DNA of 64,000 bases, taken from contig CAVSHB010000001.1 in assembly GCA_963727775.1 (NCBI GenBank), positions 64,001 through 128,000 of the forward strand, given 5' to 3'. The DNA comes from an uncultured Nitrospiraceae bacterium. GTDB taxonomy: Bacteria > Nitrospirota > Thermodesulfovibrionia > Thermodesulfovibrionales > SM23-35. The notes under the pieces were generated by a model. It worked only from the letters and a program-made list of their open reading frames with translations. It ran no database searches and was not told the DNA's origin. Below are positions 30,445 to 40,047 of this stretch, piece after piece (position 1 is the first letter of the stretch; every line of letters begins with the position of its first letter). The translations under genes and the position numbers were made by a program.

Positions 30445-32898
30445 ATGGCTGATAAATTAAGCTTCAATGAACTCTATAGATTTTGTGATCCCGATATCTT
30501 TACCTTCAAGACAACTGATGATCTGCCCGACTTTAAAGAGACAATAGGCCAGGAGAGGGGCTTGCATTCACTTGATTTCGGCCTGAGCCTCGAAAGCACC
30601 GGGTTCAATATTTTTCTTCTCGGAGAGCACGGCACAGGCAAAATGACAACGGTAAGGTCGTTCCTGTCTCAAAAGGCCGTTGACGAACCCGTGCCGAAGG
30701 ACGGGTGCTATGTTTACAATTTTAAGGACCCTGATGTTCCATGGGCGATTTCCCTTGATCCCGGGAAAGCCGTTGTATTCCAGAAAGACATGGAAGAGAT
30801 CGTAAAGATACTGAAGGTTGAAATCCCAAAGGTATTTGAATCAAAGGAGTATGAAAAACAGAAAAATAAAATAGTAGAGGAGTCGCAGAAAAAAGAGAGG
30901 GAAATCTTTGTAAGCCTCGAAGAAGAAGCCAAGGAGAAAGGTTTCTCTGTCCGTAAAACGGTCAGTGGATTGATAATCATGCCGGTAAAGAAGACCGGCG
31001 AGCCGTTGACGGGAGAAGAATTCGAATTGCTTGATGAGAAGACGAGAAAGAAGATAGACGATATAGGCAAAGTACTCCAGGAAAAGCTGAATGACGTTGT
31101 CCGCTTAGTCCGGGAAAGAGAAAAGACGGTAAAGGAAGCGATAGGCAAGCTCGAAAAGGATGCGGCGCTTTCTGCTGTCGGGCATCTCATCGATGAGCTG
31201 AAGCATAAATACCGGGAGCATGAAAAGATTACTTCATACCTTACTGATGCAAAGGAAGACATCCTTGAGCATCTTGATGACTTTAAGGTGCAGGAGGAGG
31301 CTGCCCCTCAGTTGGCATTTATGAAACTTCCCAGGGCTGAACCGACTTTCACGAGATATACCATTAATGTCCTGGTGAATAACGGAAATTGTAAGGGAGC
31401 GCCGTGTATATTCGAGAGCAACCCTACCTACTACAACCTCTTCGGAAGGATTGAGCACAAAATACAGTACGGGCTTGCGGTCACGGATTTTTCCATGATA
31501 AAAGCAGGTTCCCTGCATAAGGCAAACGGCGGGTATATCGTCATTAACGCGCTCGATCTCTTGAGGAATATCTTCGCCTATGATGCATTAAAGCGCGCTA
31601 TAAGGGACAAAGAGGCAAGGATAGAGGATGTCTGGGAACAGTACCGGTTAATGTCAACAACGACCCTCAAGCCTGAAGCAATCCCGCTCAATATTAAGGT
31701 AATCCTTATCGGCAATCCCTATCTATATTATCTCCTTTATAACCTCGATGAGGAGTACCGTGAACTTTTTAAGGTAAAGGCGGATTTTGACAGCAGGATG
31801 GTGAGAACAGACGAGAATGTTCAGAAGTACGCATCATTTGTCGCAGCTCTGTGCAAGGAAGAAAAGCTGTTGCCGTTTGACCGCACCGGTGTCGCAAAGG
31901 TTGTCGAAATAAGCTCGCGGTTTGCGGAGCACCAGAATAGGTTATCCGCCCGGTTTAATGATATCGCCGACCTCCTCAGGGAGGCAAGTTACTGGGCGTC
32001 GAAATCCCAAAGTAATATTGTAAGTGAAGTACATGTCCAGAGGGCCGTTGACGATAAGGTGTTCAGGACAAACAGGATTGAAGAGCGTCTTAGGGAAATG
32101 ATATTGGAAGGGACCCTCATTGTAGATACGGCCGGAGAGAAAGCAGGACAGATAAACGGCCTCGCTGTCCTCGATCTGGGTGATTACAGTTTTGGAAAAC
32201 CGTCGAGGATAACCGCGAGGGCATACGCCGGGAGGGCCGGTGTCGTGAATATAGAGAGGGAGACGAAGATGAGCGGCAAGATACACGAAAAGGCGATCCT
32301 CATAATCTCGCATTTCCTCGGAAGCAGATATGCTGTAAAAAAACCGATTAGTCTGTCCGCGTCGATCACGTTCGAGCAGCTTTACGATATGGTTGAAGGT
32401 GACAGCGCGACCTGCGCCGAGCTTTATGCATTGCTGAGCAGTATCGCAAACGTACCGCTGAAACAAAGTATTGCCATCACAGGCTCCATGGACCAAAACG
32501 GAGAAGTCCAGCCTATAGGCGGGGTCAACGAAAAGATAGAGGGCTTTTTTGACCTTTGCAGGATTGTAGGCCTTAACGGAAGTCACGGAGTGATAATCCC
32601 CGCAAGGAATATTAAACACTTAATGCTGAAAAAAGATGTTGTTGAAGCAGTAAAACAGGGCAAGTTCTCCATCTATCCGATCAGCAAAGTTGATGAAGGA
32701 CTGGAGATCCTTACCGGCATGCAGGTGGGCGAACTTGGAGAGGACGGAACATATCCTGAAGGGACTATTAATTATCTTGTAGCAAAGCGGCTGACCGAGA
32801 TATCCGAGTCCTTGGAAAAGAAAAAAGAAAAAGAAAAGGAAGAGGAAAAAGAGGAAGAAAAACAGGTCAAAGAACAGGATAAAGAAAAAAGTAAATGA
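30445..32898 (+). CDS. Lon-like ATP-dependent protease (AAA plus Lon protease domain)
   Basis: IGQER, LHKANGG, GQINGL, EGDSA...GGVNEKIEGF (Ser-Lys dyad region). Confidence 0.9.
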   Translation: MADKLSFNELYRFCDPDIFTFKTTDDLPDFKETIGQERGLHSLDFGLSLESTGFNIFLLGEHGTGKMTTVRSFLSQKAVDEPVPKDGCYVYNFKDPDVPWAISLDPGKAVVFQKDMEEIVKILKVEIPKVFESKEYEKQKNKIVEESQKKEREIFVSLEEEAKEKGFSVRKTVSGLIIMPVKKTGEPLTGEEFELLDEKTRKKIDDIGKVLQEKLNDVVRLVREREKTVKEAIGKLEKDAALSAVGHLIDELKHKYREHEKITSYLTDAKEDILEHLDDFKVQEEAAPQLAFMKLPRAEPTFTRYTINVLVNNGNCKGAPCIFESNPTYYNLFGRIEHKIQYGLAVTDFSMIKAGSLHKANGGYIVINALDLLRNIFAYDALKRAIRDKEARIEDVWEQYRLMSTTTLKPEAIPLNIKVILIGNPYLYYLLYNLDEEYRELFKVKADFDSRMVRTDENVQKYASFVAALCKEEKLLPFDRTGVAKVVEISSRFAEHQNRLSARFNDIADLLREASYWASKSQSNIVSEVHVQRAVDDKVFRTNRIEERLREMILEGTLIVDTAGEKAGQINGLAVLDLGDYSFGKPSRITARAYAGRAGVVNIERETKMSGKIHEKAILIISHFLGSRYAVKKPISLSASITFEQLYDMVEGDSATCAELYALLSSIANVPLKQSIAITGSMDQNGEVQPIGGVNEKIEGFFDLCRIVGLNGSHGVIIPARNIKHLMLKKDVVEAVKQGKFSIYPISKVDEGLEILTGMQVGELGEDGTYPEGTINYLVAKRLTEISESLEKKKEKEKEEEKEEEKQVKEQDKEKSK

Positions 32899-33797
32899 AA
32901 AAAGCGGCATGGCTGCTTGAGTCCCTGTTATGTATTGTTCTCTCCATACCGTTGGCGATCCTGCCGCTGCAATGGTCGATGAAGGCCGGCGAAATACTCG
33001 GCCTCCTGCTTTTCTATCTATGGGGGGGCAGGAGAATGATTGCGATTGAGAACCTGTCAAAATCCGTTTCAGTTAATGCCATAGCTACCACAGAGCATGC
33101 CGAAGAAATAATCAGAAACAATTTTAAAAATCTCGGAAGGTCTTTTGTCGAAGTAATTAAAATATTTTTCGGCTTCGGCAAAGGGATAATAGATTCCGTA
33201 GATATTGAAGGCATCGAAAACTTTCAGAAGGCCGAGTCAAAAGGAAAAGGAATTATCTACATAACAGGCCACTGCGGCAACTGGGAGTTGCTGGCAACCG
33301 CCTTGTCTGTGAAGGTTTCAGAGATTTCAGTTGTGGCAAGACCCATCGATAACCCATATATAAACAACTTCGTCGAACGAGTAAGAAGAAAATTCGGCAA
33401 CAGCGTCATCTATAAAAAAGGAGCGCTGAAACCTATAATGCAAACGCTCAAGAATAACAGGTGTGTGGGCATATTGATGGACCAGGCCGTCTTGCGCGAT
33501 GAAGGCGTTATTATCGATTTCCTCGGCAGGGGCGCATGGACAACAAAGATGCCTGCACTTATAGCAAGAAAGACCGCTGCTGCGGTACTGCCCGTTTTCA
33601 TACACAGGACACGGGAAGGCCATAGGATAAAGATATACCCGGAGGCGGAACTCTCACAAAGCAATGACAGGGACACAGCTATACAAGAAGACACAAAATG
33701 TTTCTCGGCCTTTATTGAAACCTACATTAAAGAACATCCCACGGAATGGCTCTGGATACATAAGAGGTGGAAAAGGGTGCAGGAGAGTGATAAGTAA
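32895..33797 (+). CDS. Lipid A biosynthesis acyltransferase (HtrB/MsbB family)
   Basis: GHCGNWE, ILMDQ, HPTEWLWIHKRWK. Confidence 0.92.
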   Translation: MKKAAWLLESLLCIVLSIPLAILPLQWSMKAGEILGLLLFYLWGGRRMIAIENLSKSVSVNAIATTEHAEEIIRNNFKNLGRSFVEVIKIFFGFGKGIIDSVDIEGIENFQKAESKGKGIIYITGHCGNWELLATALSVKVSEISVVARPIDNPYINNFVERVRRKFGNSVIYKKGALKPIMQTLKNNRCVGILMDQAVLRDEGVIIDFLGRGAWTTKMPALIARKTAAAVLPVFIHRTREGHRIKIYPEAELSQSNDRDTAIQEDTKCFSAFIETYIKEHPTEWLWIHKRWKRVQESDK

Positions 33798-33874
33798 TAT
33801 AACGTTGATTTCCACAAGTTCCTATCAATTGTGTTAAACCCGAAAAATGCAGATATTGTTTCCGCTCACGGAGG

Positions 33875-33977
33875 CGGGTTCAATTTTGTAAATTGAACCC
33901 GATGTTTTGATCACCGCCGGAACCTCGCTCTTATCGCATTGAAATATTTGGGTTCAGGTTTTAAACCTGAACCCGCA
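33875..33977. repeat. Pair of REP-like palindromes in inverted arrangement
   Basis: CGGGTTCAATTT-TGT-AAATTGAACCCG (33875-33901) and GGGTTCAGGTTT-T-AAACCTGAACCC (33950-33974). Confidence 0.75.
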
Positions 33978-34215
33978 GAGGAAAGCAGGAGGATATTTCA
34001 GCTGGGAATCTGCAAAAACTTCCCGCAAGAATATTGGATTCTGTAATTATTTATATTCTATATATTATTTAAAATAACAATATTATATAGAATTATCAGG
34101 CACCTATCAGCGGTTTCTCGACAAAATTCATTGACAATAAGCCTGAGAAATTATAACCTTTTAAGCAAATATATAATATGTATAAAAATAAATGTTGGGC
34201 CGATAAAATGGAAAC

Positions 34216-35076
34216 ATGATTAAACATTCACCAGACAAGAACGAAATAATATCTGCAATTCGACAAACTGCAAATGAGTTGGGTAGGTCACCTTCTCGCT
34301 CTGCGTTTATCGGTCATACTGGCATTAGCGAATATCAGGTTCTTAAATATTTCCCGAGTTGGAATAGTGCTGTGTTAGAGGCCGGATTGGAGCCAGATAC
34401 TTCAAATGTGCAGATTGATGATGATACCTTAATTGTAGATTGGAGCAATGTTGTACGGCTCTTGCGCCAAATTCCCACCCGTATTCAATATAGGAATCAA
34501 GGCAAGTTCAGCGCTTCATCATTTGAGCATCGTTTCGGACCATGGTCACGCATTCCAGATAGATTCAGAGTATTCGCCACGAATAAACCTGAATGGAATG
34601 ATATTATAGCACTCTTACCTGTTCAAGCATCTAATACGACAGTAAAAAATCAACCAGTGGCTGATGCAACTACAAATTTAGGAACACGTCATTGCGCTAA
34701 AAAGCACTCAAAATTGAGCGATCGTCCAATCTACGGCAATCACTTGGACTTTCGTGGTCTACGGCATGAGCCAGTAAATGAAAATGGTGTTATTTTCCTT
34801 TTTGGCATTGTTGCACGTGAACTTGGCTATTCAGTAGAAGCTGTACAGGCGGGGTTTCCGGACTGCGAAGCTAAAAGACAAATAGATCCAGGCAAGTGGC
34901 AGCGTGTTCGAATTGAGTTTGAATATGAAAGCAGAAACTTTCGCGATCATGGGCACCCTTCAGATCTTTGTGATGTCATCGTCTGTTGGCGTCACAATTG
35001 GCAAGGATGTCCCGATCACATTGAGGTCATAGAACTCTCTAAGGTTATAAAACAACTTGCTAAATCTGATGAATGA
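34216..35076 (+). CDS. Protein with two homing-endonuclease-associated-type repeats and a C-terminal PD-(D/E)XK-like nuclease domain
   Basis: ELGRSPS...YFPSWNSAVLEAGL and LRQIPT...RFGPW repeats; FPDC...RIEFEY nuclease-like motif. Confidence 0.65.
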   Translation: MIKHSPDKNEIISAIRQTANELGRSPSRSAFIGHTGISEYQVLKYFPSWNSAVLEAGLEPDTSNVQIDDDTLIVDWSNVVRLLRQIPTRIQYRNQGKFSASSFEHRFGPWSRIPDRFRVFATNKPEWNDIIALLPVQASNTTVKNQPVADATTNLGTRHCAKKHSKLSDRPIYGNHLDFRGLRHEPVNENGVIFLFGIVARELGYSVEAVQAGFPDCEAKRQIDPGKWQRVRIEFEYESRNFRDHGHPSDLCDVIVCWRHNWQGCPDHIEVIELSKVIKQLAKSDE

Positions 35077-35128
35077 TTAACAGCTAAGGCTTGCGAATAT
35101 GCAAATAGAATGATATGAGATTATAAGC

Positions 35129-35238
35129 GTGGCACGGAAGCCGCGCATACAATTTGAGGAGCTTTTTACCACATAATCATCCGAGGTAATCAGAGACAGG
35201 ATATCTTTCTTGACATACCCGACCAGCGTTATGTATAT
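35129..35238 (+). pseudogene. Truncated, frameshifted REP-associated tyrosine transposase (RAYT/Y1) 5' fragment
   Basis: With one frameshift reads MARKPRIQF-GAFYHIIIRGNQRQDIFLD, the typical RAYT N-terminus. Confidence 0.75.
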
Positions 35239-35266
35239 CCATAAAAGTTGATGGGGTAAGTCCATA

Positions 35267-35297
35267 ATGTGTATAATTAAGCTTAAGGATACACATA
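35267..35297 (+). promoter_or_regulatory. Probable vapBC operator/promoter inverted repeat
   Basis: ATGTGTAT...ATACACAT inverted repeat overlapping TATAAT, just upstream of the vapB RBS. Confidence 0.5.
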
Positions 35298-35307
35298 GGA
35301 GGCTGCA

Positions 35308-35502
35308 ATGAGAACGAATGTTGTTATTGATGATGACCTGATGATATCCGCTGTTAAGGTATCCGGTCTTAAGACAAAAAAGGCTGCCATAGAAGAAGGA
35401 TTAAAATTACTGGTGCGACGCAGTCGGCAAGTAAAAACCAGAGAGTTTCGGGGTAAACTCAAGTGGTCCGGCAACCTTGATGAGATGCGAACAGACAAAT
35501 GA
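35308..35502 (+). CDS. vapB: Type II TA antitoxin, VapB family
   Basis: MRTNVVIDDDL...TKKAAIEEGL...WSGNLDEMR. Confidence 0.9.
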   Translation: MRTNVVIDDDLMISAVKVSGLKTKKAAIEEGLKLLVRRSRQVKTREFRGKLKWSGNLDEMRTDK

Positions 35503-35894
35503 TATTAGTAGATTCATCTGTCTGGATCGATTATTTCAACGGCAGAAAAACAACTAAAACCGATTGGCTTGATTCAGCTCTCGGGGATGAACAGATTATT
35601 GTCGGTGACCTCATTCTGACTGAAGTTCTGCAGGGATTTCAAAGCGATCATGACTTCAAGACAGCCAGAAAATTACTTTTGGATTTTCCTTTTATGGAAA
35701 TGGTGGGACAGGAATTGGCAATAAAGAGCGCACTCAATTATCGGTTTCTCAGAAAGAAGGGTGTCACGGTAAGGAAGACCATAGACGTGATAATTGGAAC
35801 ATTCTGTCTCAATTATCAACTGGCGCTGCTACATGATGACAGAGATTTCGATCCGATGGAAAAATATCTTAATCTTAAAATAGTTGTCACATAA
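35499..35894 (+). CDS. vapC: Type II TA toxin, VapC PIN nuclease
   Basis: ILVDSSVWID, EVLQG, RKTID, LLHDDRDF. Confidence 0.92.
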   Translation: MILVDSSVWIDYFNGRKTTKTDWLDSALGDEQIIVGDLILTEVLQGFQSDHDFKTARKLLLDFPFMEMVGQELAIKSALNYRFLRKKGVTVRKTIDVIIGTFCLNYQLALLHDDRDFDPMEKYLNLKIVVT

Positions 35895-35948
35895 CGAATT
35901 ACTCCACTGTACTCCGCTTCTCTTCACCGGTACGTTACGTCGTTAGTC
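35889..35948 (+). mobile_element. Degenerate integron attC-like site
   Basis: ACATAAC overlapping the vapC stop ... GTTAGTC 60 bp later, with partial inner symmetry. Confidence 0.5.
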
Positions 35949-35962
35949 CATATGGAGGGATT

Positions 35963-36157
35963 ATGGAAATAACCGAAGCTACCAGAGACGATATTCAAGG
36001 ATTGTGCGATCTCTCGGGTCTGTTGTTTGTACAGGAAGCCGAGTTCCGGCCAGACCGAACTCTGCAATCAGCTGGTTTGCAGCAAATCATCGATTTCCCG
36101 GAACGCGGTCGGATTCTGGTCCTTTGCGAAGGGGCTTCTTTGTTTCTTGAGAGATGA
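35963..36157 (+). pseudogene. Truncated GNAT acetyltransferase (N-terminal part only)
   Basis: MEITEATRDDIQGLCDL..LLF.QEAEF.PD...GL..I resembles a GNAT N-terminus; the acetyl-CoA-binding motif A is missing. Confidence 0.6.
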
Positions 36158-36239
36158 TCCGACGCAGTCGTTAGAAAACAAAGATGCCGCAATTCGCGTG
36201 TTGACATAAACTAAAGCAGTTGATAAGATTCTGCGTATA

Positions 36240-36830
36240 ATGGTGGAAGATACTAAATATTGCCTGTGCTGCGACGAACAGGTGCCGTTCAGCGTTATTG
36301 AAAGGTACGAAAAGAGAGAAGTAAGATGTATCTTTTGCGGCTTTACCCTTGATGTCCAGAAGCTGTCGGAACTCAGGAAAAGCAATGAAAAGGGCTATGC
36401 CTTAGTGGCCGATGATTCAAAATACACCAGAAGGATCATTATAGATATCCTGAAAGAGAAAAATCATTGGGCTTCTGTAGAGTCTTTTGGAAACGGGGCG
36501 GAGCTGATATCGGCATATTCACATTTGCGGTCCAAGGACAAAACTGTAGACGTAGTAATCGTAGACCTGAACATGCCGGTAATGGACGGGATTACTGCTG
36601 CAAGAACGATAAGGGCCTTTGAGGGCCGGCAAGATATCGATAAAGTTCCGATCATTTTTTTCTCATCGGAGAAGGCGGATGAACATCTGAGAAGGCAGAT
36701 GGAAAATCTTGCCCCTGCCCATTATATGAACAAGGCCACCGATCCCGATCCTGATAAACTTGCAATGCGCGTTGAACAGCTTGTGAAATATATTTTGGAA
36801 GAAAAGATTTCAGAAAAAACAGAAATCTGA
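36240..36830 (+). CDS. Response regulator receiver protein with an N-terminal Zn-ribbon
   Basis: CLCCD...CIFCG, then VADDS, VDLNMPVMDG, and the conserved K. Confidence 0.82.
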   Translation: MVEDTKYCLCCDEQVPFSVIERYEKREVRCIFCGFTLDVQKLSELRKSNEKGYALVADDSKYTRRIIIDILKEKNHWASVESFGNGAELISAYSHLRSKDKTVDVVIVDLNMPVMDGITAARTIRAFEGRQDIDKVPIIFFSSEKADEHLRRQMENLAPAHYMNKATDPDPDKLAMRVEQLVKYILEEKISEKTEI

Positions 36831-36840
36831 GCTGGATTAT

Positions 36841-37016
36841 TTACCCCGAATAAAGCAGCCTTGGTTGCACCGGGGATAGAGCGTTCTCGCTCATTCTCGG
36901 TCGTTCCGACCTCCGAGGCCTTTGCCTCTCTATTTTTTAGAATGTCTTTAATTCGACTATCGGCAAAGGAACCCGCGAGAATACTCTATCCCCGGTTCCC
37001 AGTAAGCGTGCTTTAT
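36841..37016. repeat. Structured palindromic repeat, divergent copy (same core, different stems)
   Basis: 22-bp outer stem 36869-36890/36975-36996 enclosing GCTCATTCTCGG..GACCTCCGAGG..AACCCGC. Confidence 0.8.
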
Positions 37017-37585
37017 ACTTTTACCAATTCCTTCCCTGCCTCATAAGCATCTTTTAAAGCCGAAGGATTTTTTAAAATCGCGCCCTTTGCATCGACGCCC
37101 AAATAGCTTAATGTCTTATGTCCGGGGACGCTGACTGTCCTGAAAAATGCTTTTGCTGAGACCTCTGCGCATTGGACCCCTATTTCTTTTTTCATGCCGC
37201 CTACCAGCAGTAAAAGGCCCTTTCTACCGTAAGGTCCTTCAGGTATCGGTGTTTTCAGCAGATATTTTTCGCACCAAAAGCACTGGCATCTGTCTATCAT
37301 TATCTTAGTCTGAGCACTGAGGGCGAAGAAAAATATGGGCGACGCAAGTATGATCCGGTCGGCAGTCCGTATTGCATCATAGATTTGGGCCATTTCGTCT
37401 TCAAATATACAAATCCCTGTGTCGTCGCACCCGCCGCAGTTCTGGCATGGAGCGATGTTCATAAGGTTCAGATTGAAGACACGGACATTCTGCCCGGACT
37501 CCTCAATGCCCTGGACCGCCTTCATGAGCAATAGTTCCGTATTGCCTTCTTTTCTCGGGCTGCCCAAAAACGCGACTATGTTCAT
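37013..37585 (-). CDS. Flavodoxin family / iron-sulfur flavoprotein
   Basis: GSPRKEGNT, CQNCGGCDDTGIC, ASPIFF, IDRCQ. Confidence 0.88.
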   Translation of the reverse strand: MNIVAFLGSPRKEGNTELLLMKAVQGIEESGQNVRVFNLNLMNIAPCQNCGGCDDTGICIFEDEMAQIYDAIRTADRIILASPIFFFALSAQTKIMIDRCQCFWCEKYLLKTPIPEGPYGRKGLLLLVGGMKKEIGVQCAEVSAKAFFRTVSVPGHKTLSYLGVDAKGAILKNPSALKDAYEAGKELVKV

Positions 37586-37599
37586 TCGCGCTTCTCCAT

Positions 37600-39102
37600 T
37601 TATTTCTTCTTCCCTTTTTTGAATTCCGCCCAGTCTTTCATATGCTGCAGGTTTTCATTGAGATACCACCATCCGTATTTAAAAGCCGTGTAATCCGGCG
37701 CGCCGGTCATGGCTGAGGCGTATCGGATGGAATTTGAATAGAAAAGCCATTGCCGTATCCACATCTGTTCTATGGACTCATCGAAGGGGTTTGTTTTGTC
37801 TGCAGTCCCATCCTCCCATGCTTCAGTAATGAGTTTTGTTGCAGCGAGGACCATCTCGTCGGTTTCCCTGGTGGTACTTTCGAGTTTCGCAAAATGTCCT
37901 CTGACCCAGTCTGTGCTGTGACAAGTGTAGCAAATCTTTTTTATAATATTACGCCTTTGTTCCTGTTCCGGTTTATCGATGAGATATTCTGATGCAGCCT
38001 CCCCGCTGAATGTAACCGGCATGGGCAGGCCGTCTTTGTTCCTGATAATTGTGGTGTCTCCTGACTTCGGTTGTGGGTGGCTGTAAATAAGGCCGAAAAG
38101 CCTGACCCACAATCTGGACCCGAAATCATGGGTCCTGTCGACAATCACGTTGTTGTCAGGCGACACGATAAGGCTGTTATGGCAGACCGAACATGTCGGG
38201 GCCTTAAAGTCTTTCCCTAACCTCCACGGCACGTTTGTAAAGTCCCAGGCGCTGCCTTTTGATGAATAGATATTGCCGTGTTTGCTCTCTTCGTACACGT
38301 CCCACGCGGGGACGTCAGGTTCATGGTGGCACTGGCTGCAGGTATAAGGCTTCCTTGCGACTTCTATTAAAAATCCGTGGCGAGGATGACAAGCTGAACA
38401 GGCGCCTGAACTACCGTCGGGATTCACCCTCCCAACCCCCTGGTTCGGCCAGTTGGTCAGCGCGGGTACCACAATATCCCCGATTTTTACGGAGATGGTT
38501 TTTGTGCCCTTTGCCTCAACCTTTGTGCCGTGGCAACCGAGGCATGTTTCACGCAAGGTATCTTCCGAGGGCTTGGTCGCAAAAAAGCTTTTATTGCCGA
38601 CCTTCCTCACCCCGGTCACTGTATCTACCAATGTATGATAGACCGGATTATCCATGAGATCTTTATAGGCCATGGACTTCTTGCTACCAAGAAATTGTTT
38701 TGCCTCTGTCGGATGACAGATTTTGCAATCATTTGGTGTTACAACCACATTTATCCTCTGTCCCATGTGTTCGAAATTGTCCTTGTGGACCTCCGGATTC
38801 CGGCTATGACATTCGAAGCAACCTACTGCATATGTCCTCAATTCCCCGGGAAGAACTTCAGCAGAAATCCTTTTCTCTAAAGCGGCTTTACCCATAGCCT
38901 CAGCAGGGATTGTCTTTGAGTGCCTGCTTGTTAACCAGTCTTTTACGATCCCCGGCGTATAAATCTTATGACATCCGATGCAGGTCTTTGTTTGAGGACT
39001 CAATGGGACACCGGACAGCAGGTCTTCGTCCTCTGCGAATACCATATTCAAGGAAAACAATAAAAGGACTGAAGCCAGCGTTATGTATGCTATTGATTTC
39101 AT
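37600..39102 (-). CDS. Octaheme cytochrome c, hydroxylamine oxidoreductase-like
   Basis: Signal peptide and 8 CxxCH motifs (CIGCH, CFECH, CKICH, CLGCH, CSACH, CSQCH, CSVCH, CYTCH); GVGRVNPDGS and YEESKHG. Confidence 0.88.
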   Translation of the reverse strand: MKSIAYITLASVLLLFSLNMVFAEDEDLLSGVPLSPQTKTCIGCHKIYTPGIVKDWLTSRHSKTIPAEAMGKAALEKRISAEVLPGELRTYAVGCFECHSRNPEVHKDNFEHMGQRINVVVTPNDCKICHPTEAKQFLGSKKSMAYKDLMDNPVYHTLVDTVTGVRKVGNKSFFATKPSEDTLRETCLGCHGTKVEAKGTKTISVKIGDIVVPALTNWPNQGVGRVNPDGSSGACSACHPRHGFLIEVARKPYTCSQCHHEPDVPAWDVYEESKHGNIYSSKGSAWDFTNVPWRLGKDFKAPTCSVCHNSLIVSPDNNVIVDRTHDFGSRLWVRLFGLIYSHPQPKSGDTTIIRNKDGLPMPVTFSGEAASEYLIDKPEQEQRRNIIKKICYTCHSTDWVRGHFAKLESTTRETDEMVLAATKLITEAWEDGTADKTNPFDESIEQMWIRQWLFYSNSIRYASAMTGAPDYTAFKYGWWYLNENLQHMKDWAEFKKGKKK

Positions 39103-39129
39103 GGCCGCTCTTTTCAGGAAGGCTGTCGC

Positions 39130-39624
39130 CTACTCAACCTTCTTGAACCTCTTTTTTACGGCGCAGCAAATAGGACATTTATCGGGCGGCTCCCCTTCGA
39201 CTGTATGACCGCATACCTGGCAGACATAATAATCAACCTCGGGGTTGTTACCGAGCTTTTCGAGCGCTTTTTTGTAAAGGCCAGCGTGGATTTTCTCGAC
39301 CGCGTTTGCAAGACTGAATGATGTCTCTGCCCGCTTATTGCCCTCTGCCTGTGCATCTTCAATCATATGCGGATACATATCCTGGAACTCAAATGTCTCA
39401 CCTGCGACAGCGGCTTCAATATTCTCTTTTGTGCCCTTGATGTCTCCGAGTTCCCTCAGGTGGTTTAGAGCATGCACTGTTTCCGACTCGGCAGCGGCCC
39501 TGAAGAGTTTTGCGACCTGTTTGTACCCTTCTGCCTCGGCCTTTACCGCAAAAGCGAGATATTTTCTGTTTGCCTGGGATTCACCTGCGAATGCTTCCTT
39601 AAGATTTTTTTCGGTTTTAGTCAT
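39130..39624 (-). CDS. rbr: Rubrerythrin
   Basis: AFAGESQANRKY, ETVHA, GETFE, EKIH; C-terminal CQVCG...CPIC. Confidence 0.93.
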   Translation of the reverse strand: MTKTEKNLKEAFAGESQANRKYLAFAVKAEAEGYKQVAKLFRAAAESETVHALNHLRELGDIKGTKENIEAAVAGETFEFQDMYPHMIEDAQAEGNKRAETSFSLANAVEKIHAGLYKKALEKLGNNPEVDYYVCQVCGHTVEGEPPDKCPICCAVKKRFKKVE

Positions 39625-39678
39625 ATCGACCTCCTCATTTTTAGATTGCTGATATAATATTTTAATACAATAAAAATC

Positions 39679-39999
39679 CTATCCCCGGTTAGTTCTTATT
39701 ACATCGTCAACCCAACTCAGCGCAGCTGATACCGCGGGAAATCCGATGGTGCTTGTGAGCAGGATTATCGTATGGTATATATCCTCATCCTTCGCGCCTG
39801 CCTTTAATGCCCGTCTCGTATGAGAATGGACCGCACCCTCGGATTTCATGGCGGCAGCAGCGGCAAGCTGTATGAGTTGAGACGTTTTTTCATCAAGCGG
39901 ACCTGAAGCGCTCGCGGCCTTGCCGAGATTATCAACTGCCTTCATGAACCCCTTAAACCTTTTTCTCAGTTCAACATAATGATCCGGCAGTTTCTGCAT
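39679..39999 (-). CDS. Carboxymuconolactone decarboxylase (CMD/AhpD-like) family protein
   Basis: GPLDEKT..LIQL..SEGAVHSHTRRA..TIGFP; ATG at 39999 after AAGGAGG. Confidence 0.88.
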   Translation of the reverse strand: MQKLPDHYVELRKRFKGFMKAVDNLGKAASASGPLDEKTSQLIQLAAAAAMKSEGAVHSHTRRALKAGAKDEDIYHTIILLTSTIGFPAVSAALSWVDDVIRTNRG

Positions 40000-40047
40000 G
40001 CCCACCTCCTTGGATTTATACATATAAAAATATCACCTATTGGTCCT

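Noticed and set aside
32815..32895. Purine-rich low-complexity tract at the end of the Lon-like gene
   Set aside because: It simply encodes a Lys/Glu-rich disordered tail.
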